Positions 42,145 to 54,965 of a stretch of DNA of 64,000 bases are shown here, piece by piece. The position numbers and the translations under genes are program-made. Source of the stretch: Octopus vulgaris (taxonomy: Eukaryota); the NCBI GenBank assembly GCA_951406725.2, contig OX597831.1:45074001-45138000 (forward strand). Reading direction: 5' to 3'. How positions within the stretch are numbered: the stretch's first letter is position 1; each line of letters opens with the position of its first letter. Below the pieces are notes generated by a model. The model saw nothing but the letters and a program-made list of their open reading frames with translations, did not search any database and was not told the DNA's origin.

Positions 42145-42289
42145 ATCATTCTGATGAAGAACAAATATATCCAAAACGTCAAACTTTCCTTTCTTTAAAC
42201 CCTCCAGCGTCAAACTAATACAACTTCTTATATTATTCATTGTCTTTGTTGTTATTATACATTTGTGTATGCACATGCGCGCGCTTGTT

Positions 42290-42940
42290 ACTAAGTTTCA
42301 TTTCTATATTTCTTGCCAATTGAAAACGAGCTGGTTTCTAACCTACATCCAAAGCTCCTTCACTGGAGTTTCAGCATCAACAGGATAATTGTGTATGTAA
42401 GTATTTAGAGTATGCCGAAGTATTTAGAGTCAGTGCATTTGCAGACCTGCACGCTTTTGTTTTATGTATGTATACTCATACATATTGTTGCATGTCTCTA
42501 AATGTGCATATGTACTTATACATGCTAAAATCTTGGAATGTTTTACATATTTTGACAGTTACTTTGATGTCTTATATCTGTAATCCTCGAAGTAGCTTCC
42601 TCTTTTCCGGCAGTTTGTTTCATATCCAAGTACCCCAATAATTACTGTTATAAATCTGAGCTTGTAATCCGGGTGGAGTAGCTCTAAAAGTCTCTATAGT
42701 TCAGGATAGGTGGTATTTTTTTCGTTGATCTTTAGCTTTATGTTGTCGTTTGGCAACTATTTTTCCACCACTGAACATAGTTTGTCTTCTCTGTCCCAAA
42801 TCACTATGTCTGGTCAATTGTGTATGTATGTATGTCATTATTCAGTTTATTTCAAGATTTCTTGCCAATAGAGAAAGAACCAGTTTCTAACCGAAATCCA
42901 AGGCTCGTTCATTGGAATTTCAACATCAACAGCAGGGCAT
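42290..42940 (-). mobile_element. R4-like retrotransposon fragments (degenerate C-terminal ORF plus 3' UTRs)
   Basis: Minus strand PDIVIWDREDKLCSVVE, homologous to 46800-46850; two 3' UTR copies with (TACA)n. Confidence 0.8.
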
Positions 42941-43139
42941 GTATGTATGTATGTATGTATGTATGTATGTATGTATGTATGTATGTATGTATGTATGTAT
43001 GTATGCGTGTGTGCGTAATCAATCTGTGAAGAAATATGCATATACCTAATCCGGCTTGCCGTCTTATCTGTGTGTGCATTTAAGTAAAGTTATATAATCA
43101 GTTGTACTCGTTAAGACATTTTTCATTATTGCTCTCTCC

Positions 43140-43202
<63 letters not shown>

Positions 43203-43550
43203 GTTCTGTCTCCCCTCCTCAACAGTTACATCTCAGAACCGATACTGAAGTAGTTGCTGATATATTCCTTTAACTGTTGCAGAAATAGTTTTTTTTTTTG
43301 TTTCTATATTTACTTTCTGTACCCTGTATTGATAAGAAGTTTATTTAACTCCGGTAATTGTTCCAACCATGTATAGCTTCGGCATTTCTTATCGTGGTCT
43401 ACCCTCCCGTTTCCTGAAAGAAACAGAAGCGCACCCGCTAATTGCTTTTTTTTTTACGCACACTACATTCAAATTTTACCCAAAGTTGACATCTGCTTTT
43501 CTTAATACCTTTGCTTGGCTTTTTAAAAGTATATATATATATATATACAT

Positions 43551-43552
<2 letters not shown>

Positions 43553-43584
<32 letters not shown>

Positions 43585-43825
43585 CCGTTTAACGTCCGCT
43601 TTCCATGCTAGCATGAGTTGCACGGTTCAACTGGGGTCTGGGAAACCAGAAGGCTGCACCAGGCCCAGTCTGATCTGGCAATGTTTCTACGGCTGGATGC
43701 CCTTCCTAACACCAACCACTCCGTGAGTGTAGTGGGTGTTTTTTACGTGCCACCAGCACAGGTGCCAGACAAGGTTGGCAAACGGCCACAATCGGACGGT
43801 GCTTTTTACATGCCACCAGCACGGG
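43553..43825 (-). mobile_element. SINE/LINE-tail repeat ending in (GAT)n
   Basis: Minus 3' end GCATGGAAAGCGGACGTTAAACGGTGATGATG; other copies at 55245-55380 and 56403-56765, the latter with ~56-bp internal tandem units. Confidence 0.75.
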
Positions 43826-43915
43826 TTCATGCTATATAGCTCTGTTTAGTTTTGGGCTGCATGAGCTAGCTTAAAAGTTTACACAGAGTGCAGCTTTTAA
43901 GCTAGTTAGATATAA

Positions 43916-43975
<60 letters not shown>

Positions 43976-43977
<2 letters not shown>

Positions 43978-44361
43978 TAGCAGTATCGCCCGGCGTTGCT
44001 CGGGTTTGTAAGGGAAATAACTATATAAACATTTTTAGAGTTGTAAAGTATAATAGCCATCTCAATATGGCTAACCACAAAGGGATGGGGGTGTTACTGT
44101 AGCTTTTTACGTTCTGAGATTTAATAATAAATTTTTAGAGAGTTACTTCCCTTATATATGCCAAAAATGCATTAAAAATGGGAAAAATTGATGGTAATTT
44201 TTTTAAAATCATAGACTCATCGTAGACGCGCGCTAATACCCAGAAGGGCTCGATATGAATCACGACTATAAGATACCCGGTTTTGGTTAAACTGCACCGC
44301 AAAATGTGGGAGTAGTTTGGAATCTAAATCGTAGGGGACAAACAGCACACAACCTCACTTT

Positions 44362-44372
<11 letters not shown>
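43976..44372 (+). mobile_element. Helitron/Helentron-like element (same family as 11416)
   Basis: Same 5' ACTAGCAGTATCGCCCGGCGTTGCTCGGG and 3' TTTTATATATA; inserted in (TA)n. Confidence 0.8.
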
Positions 44373-44401
<29 letters not shown>

Positions 44402-44751
44402 GTATAATATAATACAATACAATATAATGTAATGTAATATAATATAATATATTAGTAAGGGCGCTTGACCAGGTGGTTAATGGGCTGCTCACGAGATCAT
44501 AGCTTCAGTTCCTAGACCAGGTGGTGGATTGTATTCTTGAGCAAAATGATTCATCTCATGTTGCTCTTCGACGCCTGATCTGTGGTACACCTGTGCACCT
44601 GTCCAAGCAAGGTGGATTTCATGTATGGCACATACCTTTGATTACTATAAATAAAATAATTGTGCACGTTGTTCGGCCTAAGCTGAATACTCATACGTCG
44701 TCTTCGACTGGAGAGTCCATTATTTATATATTATATATATATAATATATAT

Positions 44752-44809
<58 letters not shown>

Positions 44810-44953
44810 ATAATATGATATGATATAATATAATATAAATAGGAGCACCTCTCAATGCGGATGCCGCAGTATTCGGCGTTCTAACAACAAATCTATGTTA
44901 ACTTGGATATAAAAGTTGCCTTTTATTACTAATACAGCTTCCGTTGCCAATAA

Positions 44954-44991
<38 letters not shown>

Positions 44992-44993
44992 TA

Positions 44994-45067
<74 letters not shown>

Positions 45068-45413
45068 GGTGCAGCGTGGTTGTGTTGTAAAAAGATTGCT
45101 TCCCAACCACATGGTTCGGGATTCAGTCTCTACTCTAGCCTCGGGCCGACCAAAGCCTTGTGAGTGGATTAGTCAGACGGAAACTGGAAGAAGCCCGTCG
45201 TATATATGTGTGTATATATATATATTCATATTTCTAAGTCTCCCTGAAGGAGACTACGGCAGCAGTACTGGATATTAATAGTTATCACCAAGCTAATATG
45301 GCAGCCCAGAAATATAGGACGAATGGTGCCGTTGATTAGCTCAAAGAGGCCATCGCCTCTAGCTAGCTATGTGACACACGAACCTGTGTATATATATATA
45401 TATATATATATAT

Positions 45414-45512
45414 GTAGGTCCCGGGTTGAGTCGGGGTTAACCACAGTAAATAAGGTACTCAATACATAGCAGAGTAAATTAATTTATTTTATAGAAGGAG
45501 CTTCTACAGGAC
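45414..45512 (-). mobile_element. Short 3' fragment of the 39338 Penelope-like family
   Basis: Matches 39338-39437; 3' end again abuts (TA)n. Confidence 0.85.
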
Positions 45513-45709
45513 ATAACACGCACACATATATGTGTATATGAATGATTGGGTATATGCATACTGTTATACCTTTATACATTTATGCATATATATATATTCT
45601 ATAAAAAGCTTGTCATTTTTTTGTTTGTTGGCTCCATCATACTATGCGGAATGTTGTACACATAATACTTACATACACACATGCGCGCACACGCAAACAC
45701 ACACACACA

Positions 45710-45820
<111 letters not shown>

Positions 45821-46249
45821 AACATTCATGCATAATGGATGCAACTTGATTTCGAGCAATGCTGCCGCTTGAATTGTTCACTTAAACACGAGAAGCACAG
45901 ATGTGACTTTTCAGTCCTGCACGAAACCTGTACTCTTTTGCATAGACGTGACAGCAAGTATTCAGAGAACTAAACACCCACCCTGACATACGCCTTCATT
46001 TCACCATAAACTTTCTCATTGTGTGTTTGCTTTTTCAGCATACAGCCAGCCATAAGTATGCAACACATTATAAAGACGTTAATAGAGATATTAAAAATCA
46101 CGCGTTGCCTGTGTCTGAAGCTTTTTTGAAATAAGGAAAAGCGTTTGTTTCCTTTTACGCAATATTAAAACAATGGCTAAAAAATTTCTGAAGCAGCAAC
46201 CCCACTAATTTTATCTACGAGCCGCCACTGCACCCACATCATAAGTGTG

Positions 46250-47140
46250 TATTTGTCCGAAATTGTCATCACGGTATTATCTATCGATGAGACATGACGT
46301 TGTATCTTGGACACTCTATAATGAAATCCGTCAAAAGGATAATCCCGAGGACAAACTCCACCTGTCTAACACCCGTGGACATATTTACAAAGTAAGAAAA
46401 CAGCACAGCTCCCATGACTTCAGGAAACATTTTTTCACGCCGAGAGTTGCTGAAGCATGGAACAAACTGCCGGCATCAGTTGTTAGTTGTCGGAGCACTG
46501 CATCCTTCAAAACTTCCATGCTTCCTGAGATTCGCCAACACTACACCTGATTTCCTCCCCTCCATACACACACAAGCATGTATCTGACTCATACATTGTT
46601 TGCTTTCCAGACATTTCTACATTACTGCATGTACTTTATATGCACTTTCTGACAAGTTGTGGTGCACCTGAGCACTGTATACAATAATTTCATTATTATT
46701 TAAATACCCACAATATGGTAGAAGCCATAGCCACTCATAATAAAAAGGAATACCGGTGGAATGTTCCAGTGAAGACCTCAATAAAATGTAAACACAAGAG
46801 ACCTGATATAATGATTTGGGATAGAGAAGAGAAATTGTGCACAATTGTAGAAATTACCTGCCTAGCGGATGTTAACATAAAGCCAAAAATCAGTGAAAAA
46901 GAGAGCATCTATGATGATGAAGTATTGAGAAATCAGCAGTTACTCTATCCAGATTACAAGTTCAGGTTTATAACTGTAATTATTGGGAGCCTGGGATATG
47001 TAACACACTGCCTCAATACCAATCTTGAGAAATTAGGCTTCTCAAAACCAGAAAGGAGAAAGCTAATTCGAAGACTACAGATTCAATCCATCACTAGAAC
47101 TGTAATAGTCTGTAAAACTTTCCAGAAGTTTATCATTTAA
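46250..47140 (+). pseudogene. R4-like non-LTR retrotransposon C-terminus (REL endonuclease), interrupted by CR1
   Basis: CPKLSSRYYLSMRHDVVS (RHD motif), then KHKRPDIMIWDREEKLCTIVEITC..KISEKESIY..VIIGSLG (PD-(D/E)xK-like); 3' UTR continues to ~47776. Confidence 0.85.
46357..46700 (+). mobile_element. CR1-clade LINE 3' end
   Basis: NTRGHIYKVRKQHSSHDFRKHFFTPRVAEAWNKLPASVVSCRSTASFK is the typical CR1 ORF2 C-terminus; (ATT)n tail. Confidence 0.9.
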
Positions 47141-47282
47141 ATATAAATGAGCATGTCTAGATATGTAACTATATGCATAAGAATACATACATAAAACATA
47201 CAAATCTGCACATACATACATTCATACATACATACATACATACATACATACATACATACATACATACATACATACATACATT

Positions 47283-47609
47283 TAGGAGCACTCCGTCTGT
47301 TGCGACGACGAGGGTCCCGGCTGATACGATCAACGGAACAGCTTGCTCGTGAAATTAACGTGCAAGTGACTGAGCACTCCACAAACAGGTGTACCCTTAA
47401 CGTAGTTCTCAGGGAGATTCAGCGTGACACAGAGTGTGACAAGGCTAACCCTTTAAAATACAGGTACTACTCATTTTTACCAGCTGAGTGGACTGGAGCA
47501 ACGTGAAATAAAGTGTCTTGCTCAAGGACACAACGCGCCGCCGGGAATTGAACTCACGACCTTACGATCATGAGCCGAATGCCCCTAACCACTAAGCCAC
47601 GCGCCTTCA
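47283..47609 (-). mobile_element. tRNA-derived SINE inserted in a (TACA)n tract
   Basis: Minus head GAAGGCGCGTGGCTTAGTGGTTAG..GAGTTCAATTCCC. Confidence 0.85.
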
Positions 47610-47779
47610 CATACATACATACATACATACATACATACATACATACATACATACATACATACATACATACATACATACCCCGTTGTTGAAGCTGAAATTC
47701 CGATGGAGTCTTGGAGCTAGGTTAGAAACTGATTCTTTCTCTATTGGCAAGAAATCTAGAAATAAACTGAATAATGGCA

Positions 47780-48192
47780 GGCGCAGGAGTGGCTGTGTGG
47801 TAAGTAGCTTGCTAACCAACCACATGGTTCCAGGTACAGTCCCACTGCGTGGCATCTTGGGCAAGTGTCTTCTACTATAGCCCCGGGCCGACCAATGCCT
47901 TGTGAGTGGATTTGGTAGACGGAAACTGAAAGAAGCCTGTCGTATATATGTATATATATGTACGTGTGTGTGTGTTTGTGTGTCTGTGTTTGTCCCCCTA
48001 GCATTGCTTGACAACCGATGCCTGTGTGTTCATGTCCCCGTCACTTAGCGGTTCGGCAAAAGAGACCGATAGAATAAGTACTGGGCTTACAAAGAATAAG
48101 TCCCGGGGTCGATTTGCTCGACTAAAGACGGTGCTCCAGCATGGCCGCAGTCAAATGACGGAAACAAGTAAAAGAGTAAAAGAGTAAAGAGT
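47780..48192 (+). mobile_element. Full-length tRNA-derived SINE
   Basis: GGCGCAGGAGTGGCTGTGTGGTAAGTAGC head; (GAGTAAA)n tail. Confidence 0.9.
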
Positions 48193-48638
48193 ACACCTAG
48201 TTTAACACCACTTGATGTTTCGGAGTGTCTTTAGTGGAATCTACTCTGTTAAAAGCATTCAGTCCAGGTCTTCTCTCCTTCACACAGGTTTTGGGCGCCT
48301 TGGAATAGTCATGCGCAATACATTACCCCACCTGAGTTGGTAATAAAAAAAAAAAAATCATATCCTCACCCACAACACCTTGTACTAAACGATTCTGGAG
48401 TGAATGAAGATTGTAAATTGAAGTAAACGTAGTTTGCATAATTTATTTCACATTAAAAGAAACCCATCATTTTTGACAGGTACTACACATGTATATTTAT
48501 GTATGTATCAATGCATATATATGTCAATGCATATATGTATGTGTATATGTGTGTGTGTTTATATATGTATATGTATATATATACACACACATATAAATGT
48601 CTGTGTGTGTATATATATGTATATATATACATATATGT

Positions 48639-48688
<50 letters not shown>

Positions 48689-48789
48689 CGATCGGGCCTG
48701 GTCAATCGTCGTCGCTCGACTTGTTGGGATCCCGTGTTCGAGTTCGAGCGACGGCAGGTGGGATTCCGTAGCAGCTTTCGGGGGTCCCG

Positions 48790-48826
<37 letters not shown>

Positions 48827-48827
48827 C

Positions 48828-49057
48828 TAATCACTAACCCACGTGCCTTCACGTATCTTTATCTGTTATCCTTTATTTGTTTCAATCATCAGACTGCGGC
48901 CATGTTAGGGCACCGCTTTGAAGAATTTTCAAGTCGAATTTTTAAGTTCGACTTAAAAATTCTTCAAAGCGGTGCCCTAACATGGCCGCAGTCTAATGAT
49001 TGAAACAAATAAAGGATAACAGATAAAGATACGTGAAGGCACGTGGGTTAGTGATTA
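48828..49057. repeat. Near-perfect fold-back (~110-bp arms) built from a SINE tail plus the next SINE head
   Basis: TAATCACTAACCCACGTGCCTTCAC..AAGTCGAA / TTCGACTT..GTGAAGGCACGTGGGTTAGTGATTA. Confidence 0.95.
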
Positions 49058-49063
49058 AGGTAT

Positions 49064-49855
49064 TGGTCGGGAAGACTTCCGCCCCCCCCCCCTTCCTCCA
49101 AAAAACCACCCTTAAACAAATTTTTTTTTCGACACAAACACCCATCTTTTCGGCTACGGGGAATACGAATCTGCAAAAAAATTGGCAAAAATCGACATTT
49201 CTAAATTACCTCCACCCCACTTCCCATTTCCTTCATTTTTAACTATTTTCACAATTTTTTTTTTTTTAAATATCCCGAAAAATACGGAGATTATGATTCT
49301 GAAAAAAATTTCCAAAAATCTTTGTAAAAGTTTTTTAAGAATTTTTTTTTTTCGAAATATTCCGAAAAATACGGACATCATGATTCGGACAAAAATTTCA
49401 AAACATTTCTGTACTTACGGTTACGGTCTTAGGGTTAGTGTTAGGGTTAGGGTTTTAGGGTTAGGGTTAGGGTTAGGGTTTTAGGGCTAGGGTTTTAGGG
49501 TTAGGGTTTTAGGGTTAGGGTTTTAGGTTAGGGTTAGGATTAGGGTTAGGGTTTTAGGCTTAGGGTTAGGGGTAGGGTTCGGGCTAGCGTTTTAGGGTTA
49601 GGGTTTTAGGTTAGGGTTAGGATTAGGGTTAGGGTTTTTGGGTTAGGATTAGGGTTTTAGGGTTAGTGTTGGGGGAAAAAAGTCAATATTGAAGAAGTTG
49701 GGGGGAAAGGAGGGGAAAATTTCACAATGCCGATTTTTGGCAATTTTCCGGAACCTCCGTTTCCGAAAACGGGGATTTTTGACAAAATAAATGACAAAAA
49801 TAAACAAATTTGGGAGGAAATGGGTAGGGGGGACGGGCGGAAGCCTTTCCTATCC
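49064..49855. mobile_element. TIR element with an internal telomere-like array, inserted in a SINE head
   Basis: GGGAAGACTTCCGCCC / GGGCGGAAGCCTTTCC termini; flanks rejoin into a tRNA-SINE head; (TTAGGG/TTTTAGGG)n at 49429-49666. Confidence 0.7.
49429..49666 (+). repeat. Interstitial telomere-like repeat
   Basis: TTAGGG interspersed with TTTTAGGG, TTAGGA and CTAGGG. Confidence 0.95.
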
Positions 49856-50334
49856 GTCTTACGATCGTAAGATCTTGAATTCAGTTCCAGGTGGTGCGTT
49901 GTGTCCTTGAGCAAGACACTTTATTTCATGATGCTTCAGTACTTTCATGTGACAACAAATGAGTAGCGCTTTTCACATTCGGTGTATCACGCGGAACCTT
50001 CCTGTGAACTACGTTAAGGATACGTATCTGTAGAGTGATCATCCACACTCACGTTCATTTCACCAGCAGGCTGTTCCATTGACCGAATCAACTGGGACAC
50101 TTGTCGTCCCAGGCCAGGTAGGCCATAACTAGTAGTGCGATAAATTGTGATCAATGATCGGGAATAACTCGACCTGCGGTGAAGCTTTGAGCAACTGTCA
50201 ACTTTTGATGTTATAAACTTATCAATCCATTTAACACCGCGTATTGAGTGCTACAGTGGCAGAAGTCTTTCCAAACCGGCTCTTTCTCTATTGGCAAGAA
50301 ATCTTGAAATAAAACTGGACGACATATATACATA

Positions 50335-50654
50335 CAGTGGTGGACTGTCCAGGTTGCCAGCTTACCCGATGGCAAGTGGGCCCCTGCGCCATTAGAATCC
50401 ATATATGGGAGCCCATGTTAGTATCTAAGGGGCCCGTCCCCTCAGGTTTGAGAATTTTTTTATTCACTCCTGGAAGAATGCATTAATTATTTCAACCTGT
50501 CTGTGTTTGTAGACAGTTGAAAAGAATACTTTTAGCAAAAAAGAAACTAAGAATTAAATGATAGCATTGTAGTTGTGGGTGGGCCTCCTTGTAGTTGTGG
50601 GTGGATCCCCTTAGTCTCCCGGCAACCAGTATTTTTAGACAAAGTCCGCCACTG
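50335..50654. mobile_element. hAT-like MITE
   Basis: CAGTGGTGGACT / AGTCCGCCACTG TIR; flanks TATACATA / CATACATA (near 8-bp TSD). Confidence 0.7.
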
Positions 50655-50733
50655 CATACATACATACAACAAAGCGTACAGGACTGTACATGCACTGAGA
50701 TCAAGTACTAGCACACTTGCATACAATCAGGCA

Positions 50734-51211
50734 TACCGTAAATCCTCGAGTATAATCCGCACTTTTTTCCCAAAATTTAAAGTCAAAATCCCTATTGCGT
50801 ACTATATAAGAGGTTAAAAATGAAAATTATTTTCTAAGCAATGTCCGAGTCTCTATTTGCTGTCCGGCAATGTTTATTTAGACGCATTTTGTGATGTCGG
50901 GCGTGAAAATACCTTAAATCATCCATAACTTGCAGTTAGCAACATTTATTTTATTACTGTTATTTCTTTATTTTCTGCAAACAAAATGCACAAAAATGCT
51001 ACACGTCTGCATTATGTTATATATACAATAATAATAAAGGACGTTACCGTATACATTTTTACAAACCAAGGACATTATATAGACCTCTTTGACTCAAGTT
51101 AGAGAAGGGGTGCGTATTATACACAAGGTTTAGGTTTTTCAGAAATACAGCCCACTAAAAATCCCCTGCGTATTATACTCAAGGGCGCACTATACTCGAG
51201 GATTTACAGTA
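50734..51211. mobile_element. Tc1/pogo-type MITE
   Basis: TA-CCGTAAATCCTCGAGTATA ... TATACTCGAGGATTTACAG-TA. Confidence 0.85.
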
Positions 51212-52379
51212 GTTGTTGATGTAGAAATTCCAATGATTTGAAACCGGTTTTTTCTCCATTGGCCGGAAATTTAGAAATAAGCAAATAAATGACACATGCA
51301 AACACGCGCGCGCACGCGTAGTATATGTGCGTGTGAGAGTGTATGCGCGCACTCGTGTATATCTATGTAAGCCTATGTGTGTGTGTGTGTGTGTGTGTGT
51401 GTATCTAGCTATCTCTTAATGTTTGTTTTTATGATCAGTAACAATCCTTTCTGCAAAAGGAACGATGCCTGAAATGTTGGAGGAGGGGGCTAGTCGATTA
51501 TAACGACCCCAGTGTGTAACTGGTACTTATTTCATCGACCCCGAAGGGATGAAAGACAAATTCGACCCCGGCGGAATTCGAACTCAGATCATATAGAGGG
51601 ATGAAATGTTGCTAAGTACTTTGCCCGGCGTGCTACTAAAGGTACGTGGAGGCGCTATTGCGCCTCCACGAAATAGCCCAATGGTTAGGGCAGCGGACTC
51701 GCGGTCGTAGGATCGCGGTTTCGATTCCCAGACCGGGCGTTGTGAGTGTTTATTGAGCGAAAACACCTAAAGCTCAACGATGTTCCGATCCCTGCTGTAA
51801 TCTTTCGCACCAACTTTCTCTCACTCTTTCTTCTGTTGGCCTGCTCGCTTAGCCAGCGGGGTGGCGTCATTTGAAGGCTAAAACAATGCGAAGTGCATTG
51901 TGACCAGCGATATGTAGCTACATCTGATAGCTAGAGGCTCAAGACCTGAAATTTGGTGGGAGGGGACTAGTCGATTACATCAATCCCAGAATTTCACTGG
52001 CACTTGATCTATCGACCCCAAAGGATGAAAGGCGAACTCGACCTCGGCGGAATTTGAACTCAGAACGTAGCGACGAGCGAAATACCGCTGCGCATGTCTT
52101 CCAACGTACTAACGACTCTGCCAGCTCGCCGCCTAAAAAAAAAATATAATAATAATCATATCTCGGAAATTACTTTTCCCACAAGTTCCGATATAATAGG
52201 AATCTACGCCATCTGAAAGTTATGAGGAAACAAAGTAGAAAGGTGTAAAAGGTGTCACATTTGTGCATGTCGCGCGCGCGCATACGCACCAGTATTTCTA
52301 CGTTTGCGCCTTAGATAGACAGAAAGGTATGCGCACTACATAATTGCGAAGTGCGCGATAGATTCATAGAAAGAGTTGC

Positions 52380-52412
<33 letters not shown>

Positions 52413-53253
52413 GAGAGAAGGTGGAAGAGAGAGAGAGAAGGTGGAAGAGAGAGAGAGAGAGAAAGAGTTTTAGTGAGCGAGTAGGAAGACAAGAAAAAGA
52501 AAGATTAAGAAAGAGAAAGAGTAAGAAAAAGAAAGATTGGGAGAAAGAAAGGGTGAGAAAGAGAGGCAGAAAGAGTGAAAGAAAACGATAGAGAGACCGG
52601 TAAGAGAAAAAAATTTAGGAAAGAAAGAGTAATGTGTCGTAATTATTTCGAAAGCGTTTCACTAAAACAATAACAACGTGTACATATAGAAAACAAAAGT
52701 TGGTGAATATTATAACATGTATATATGTGTGTAAATATCCATTTATATATGATAAACAATTAGGCGAGGAAAGTTTTAAAGGAATGGCTATGTGGTAGAA
52801 CGCACGCGGTATTGTCCTATAGCTAGAGGTTTTCGTTTCTAGGTCAGGACATCGGGTAGAAAGTGAATGATTCAACCTATGTCAAGCCTGTTGCGTCACG
52901 ATGTAGCCATGTCAGTAGCCAAGCAAGTACTTCGAATGCTAACCAGCTTTATACCTCCTCAAATCTGCTGAAAAAAATATATATACATATATATATACAT
53001 ACTACAGCATGGATCTAAATACATTCACGCAGTTAACTATTGTAAGATAAAGAAAAGAATTTTTTTTTAAAATGTCGTACACGATGTTGGGTACTTAAGC
53101 TAAGCGCTATTCGTCCATCCGTTCTCTAGAAGAAAATCTCGCTCTTTCTTTTTCTCCCTCCACTTCTACCTGTGTGTGTGTGAACGAAATACAGCCACGT
53201 TGGATCAACACACTATTCCTAGCGGGGATCAACCGCCGGATCCCTCTGCAGCC

Positions 53254-53290
53254 ATGGCAACGGAAGAGCAATATGATTTTATCTGGAAAG
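53254..53290 (+). CDS. First coding exon of a Rab-family small GTPase (Rab11-like)
   Basis: Kozak GCCATGG; ATG GCA ACG GAA GAG CAA TAT GAT TTT ATC TGG AAA G|GTAAGT = MATEEQYDFIWK plus a phase-1 intron with a consensus donor, at the same position as the Rab11 YDYLFK-V intron. Confidence 0.75.
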
Positions 53291-53423
53291 GTAAGTAAAA
53301 CTTTCTATAGCGTTGTTGCAACTCCTAACACCCCGACCACTGTACGTGGGTAGCAGTAACTAATATGCCTTATTTATTCTCCTACCGTCCCATACAGAGA
53401 TCTCTTTACACCTCCAGTTCTCC

Positions 53424-53515
<92 letters not shown>

Positions 53516-54934
53516 ATGTATATATATATACACATATATATTAGTTGAATAATACACGCACGCACACACACCTGCAACAGCAATCATTATCAACACACCT
53601 GTATTCTTATATCTTGTGATTTAATTTGTTTGTTGTTTGTGTCTTATAAACAGTTGATCGTAGTCTGGTTGAAAAGTTTGACGCTTGTCATTTGCTGTGA
53701 GGTAAAAAAAAAAAATGTTGGTTATCGTGATAGTTTTATATTTATATTTATCAATGTGCTGCTTCGTTTAAACTATGTACGCCGTCCAGTTAAAAAGAAA
53801 GATATCCCACTATAATACTTGTTTGTACTTCACCTTTAACGTGGTGTCACCTTCCACCAGTTGGACGGATGGATTTCTGTCTTCGCATAACATTGATCTG
53901 TATGCCATATATAGAAAACTGTATTATATATATATATATATATACTATTTAGTGATACGAAAATGTATAAATGGTTGATGTTTTACTATAAATGGTCAAA
54001 TGAAATGCATATTATAAAACCGTTTCATGTATAAATATCTTCAAATGAGGAATATATAATATTTCTACTACGCACTAGTGTTGTTATATGAAGTACCCGA
54101 AAAACAGAATGCAACAAGACACTGTGAAGGGGTGGCTAGTAGTGTTTTCTGAAAGCCATTGAGTAGCGAAAGTGAAATAACTCCGCACAGGACACGAAAC
54201 CGGGTTACGGATACGGTTCACCTAAAGACGTCCCACTTTTCGACGTGGGACGGTGTGCTATGTCTATCGCTCCTTCTCTCAATCACAATTACGCGTGCGC
54301 GCGCGCGCACATACAGACAGAGAGTTATATATAGACAGGTTTCGATCAGGTGATCGCAGTAATCCACATAACTACATACATACATCACATAATAAACACA
54401 CACACGCACACACGTGCGTGTGTTTGTGTGAAGGCGCGTGGCTTAGTGGTTAGTACTTTACTCATGAACGTGGTTGCGATTCCTGGACCGGGCGATGCGT
54501 TGTATTGCTAAGCAAAAAAGCCTGCGACGTCCCGGCGAGGATGGGTAACATGGTACTACTTAAGAAGAGTGGTCCCGGTGCGCGCACTCGCGTACTCGCG
54601 CATCCGCGCTAGCTATCCGTGACTAGTCGATCCTACAACGACTACCTAGCGAAGTAAATAAAACACAAAATAAATAATTTTTTTACACAAATTAAATAAT
54701 TTGGATCTTTTCGGTTTGCATATACACATACAGACACATACACACACACACATATACATAGGACAGGCTTCCACATATTTTCCGTCTACCAAATCCACTT
54801 AAAAGGCATTGTCAGCCCATGGTTAGAAGTCACCCAATGCACTGAGCAGTGGGACTGAACCCCAAACCAAATAGTTGCAAAGTGAACTTTCTAACCACAC
54901 ACAGCCATGTCTGTTCCTATGAATACACATATAC

Positions 54935-54965
<31 letters not shown>

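Noticed and set aside
47780-47860. tRNA genes at SINE heads
   Set aside because: A and B boxes are present but continue into shared SINE bodies and tails, with no intact acceptor stem.
49429-49666. True telomere or chromosome fusion site
   Set aside because: Single orientation, degenerate, and enclosed in a TIR element that splits a SINE.
52376-52591. Lys/Arg/Glu-rich ORF
   Set aside because: Degenerate (GA)n purine tract with a non-ATG start.
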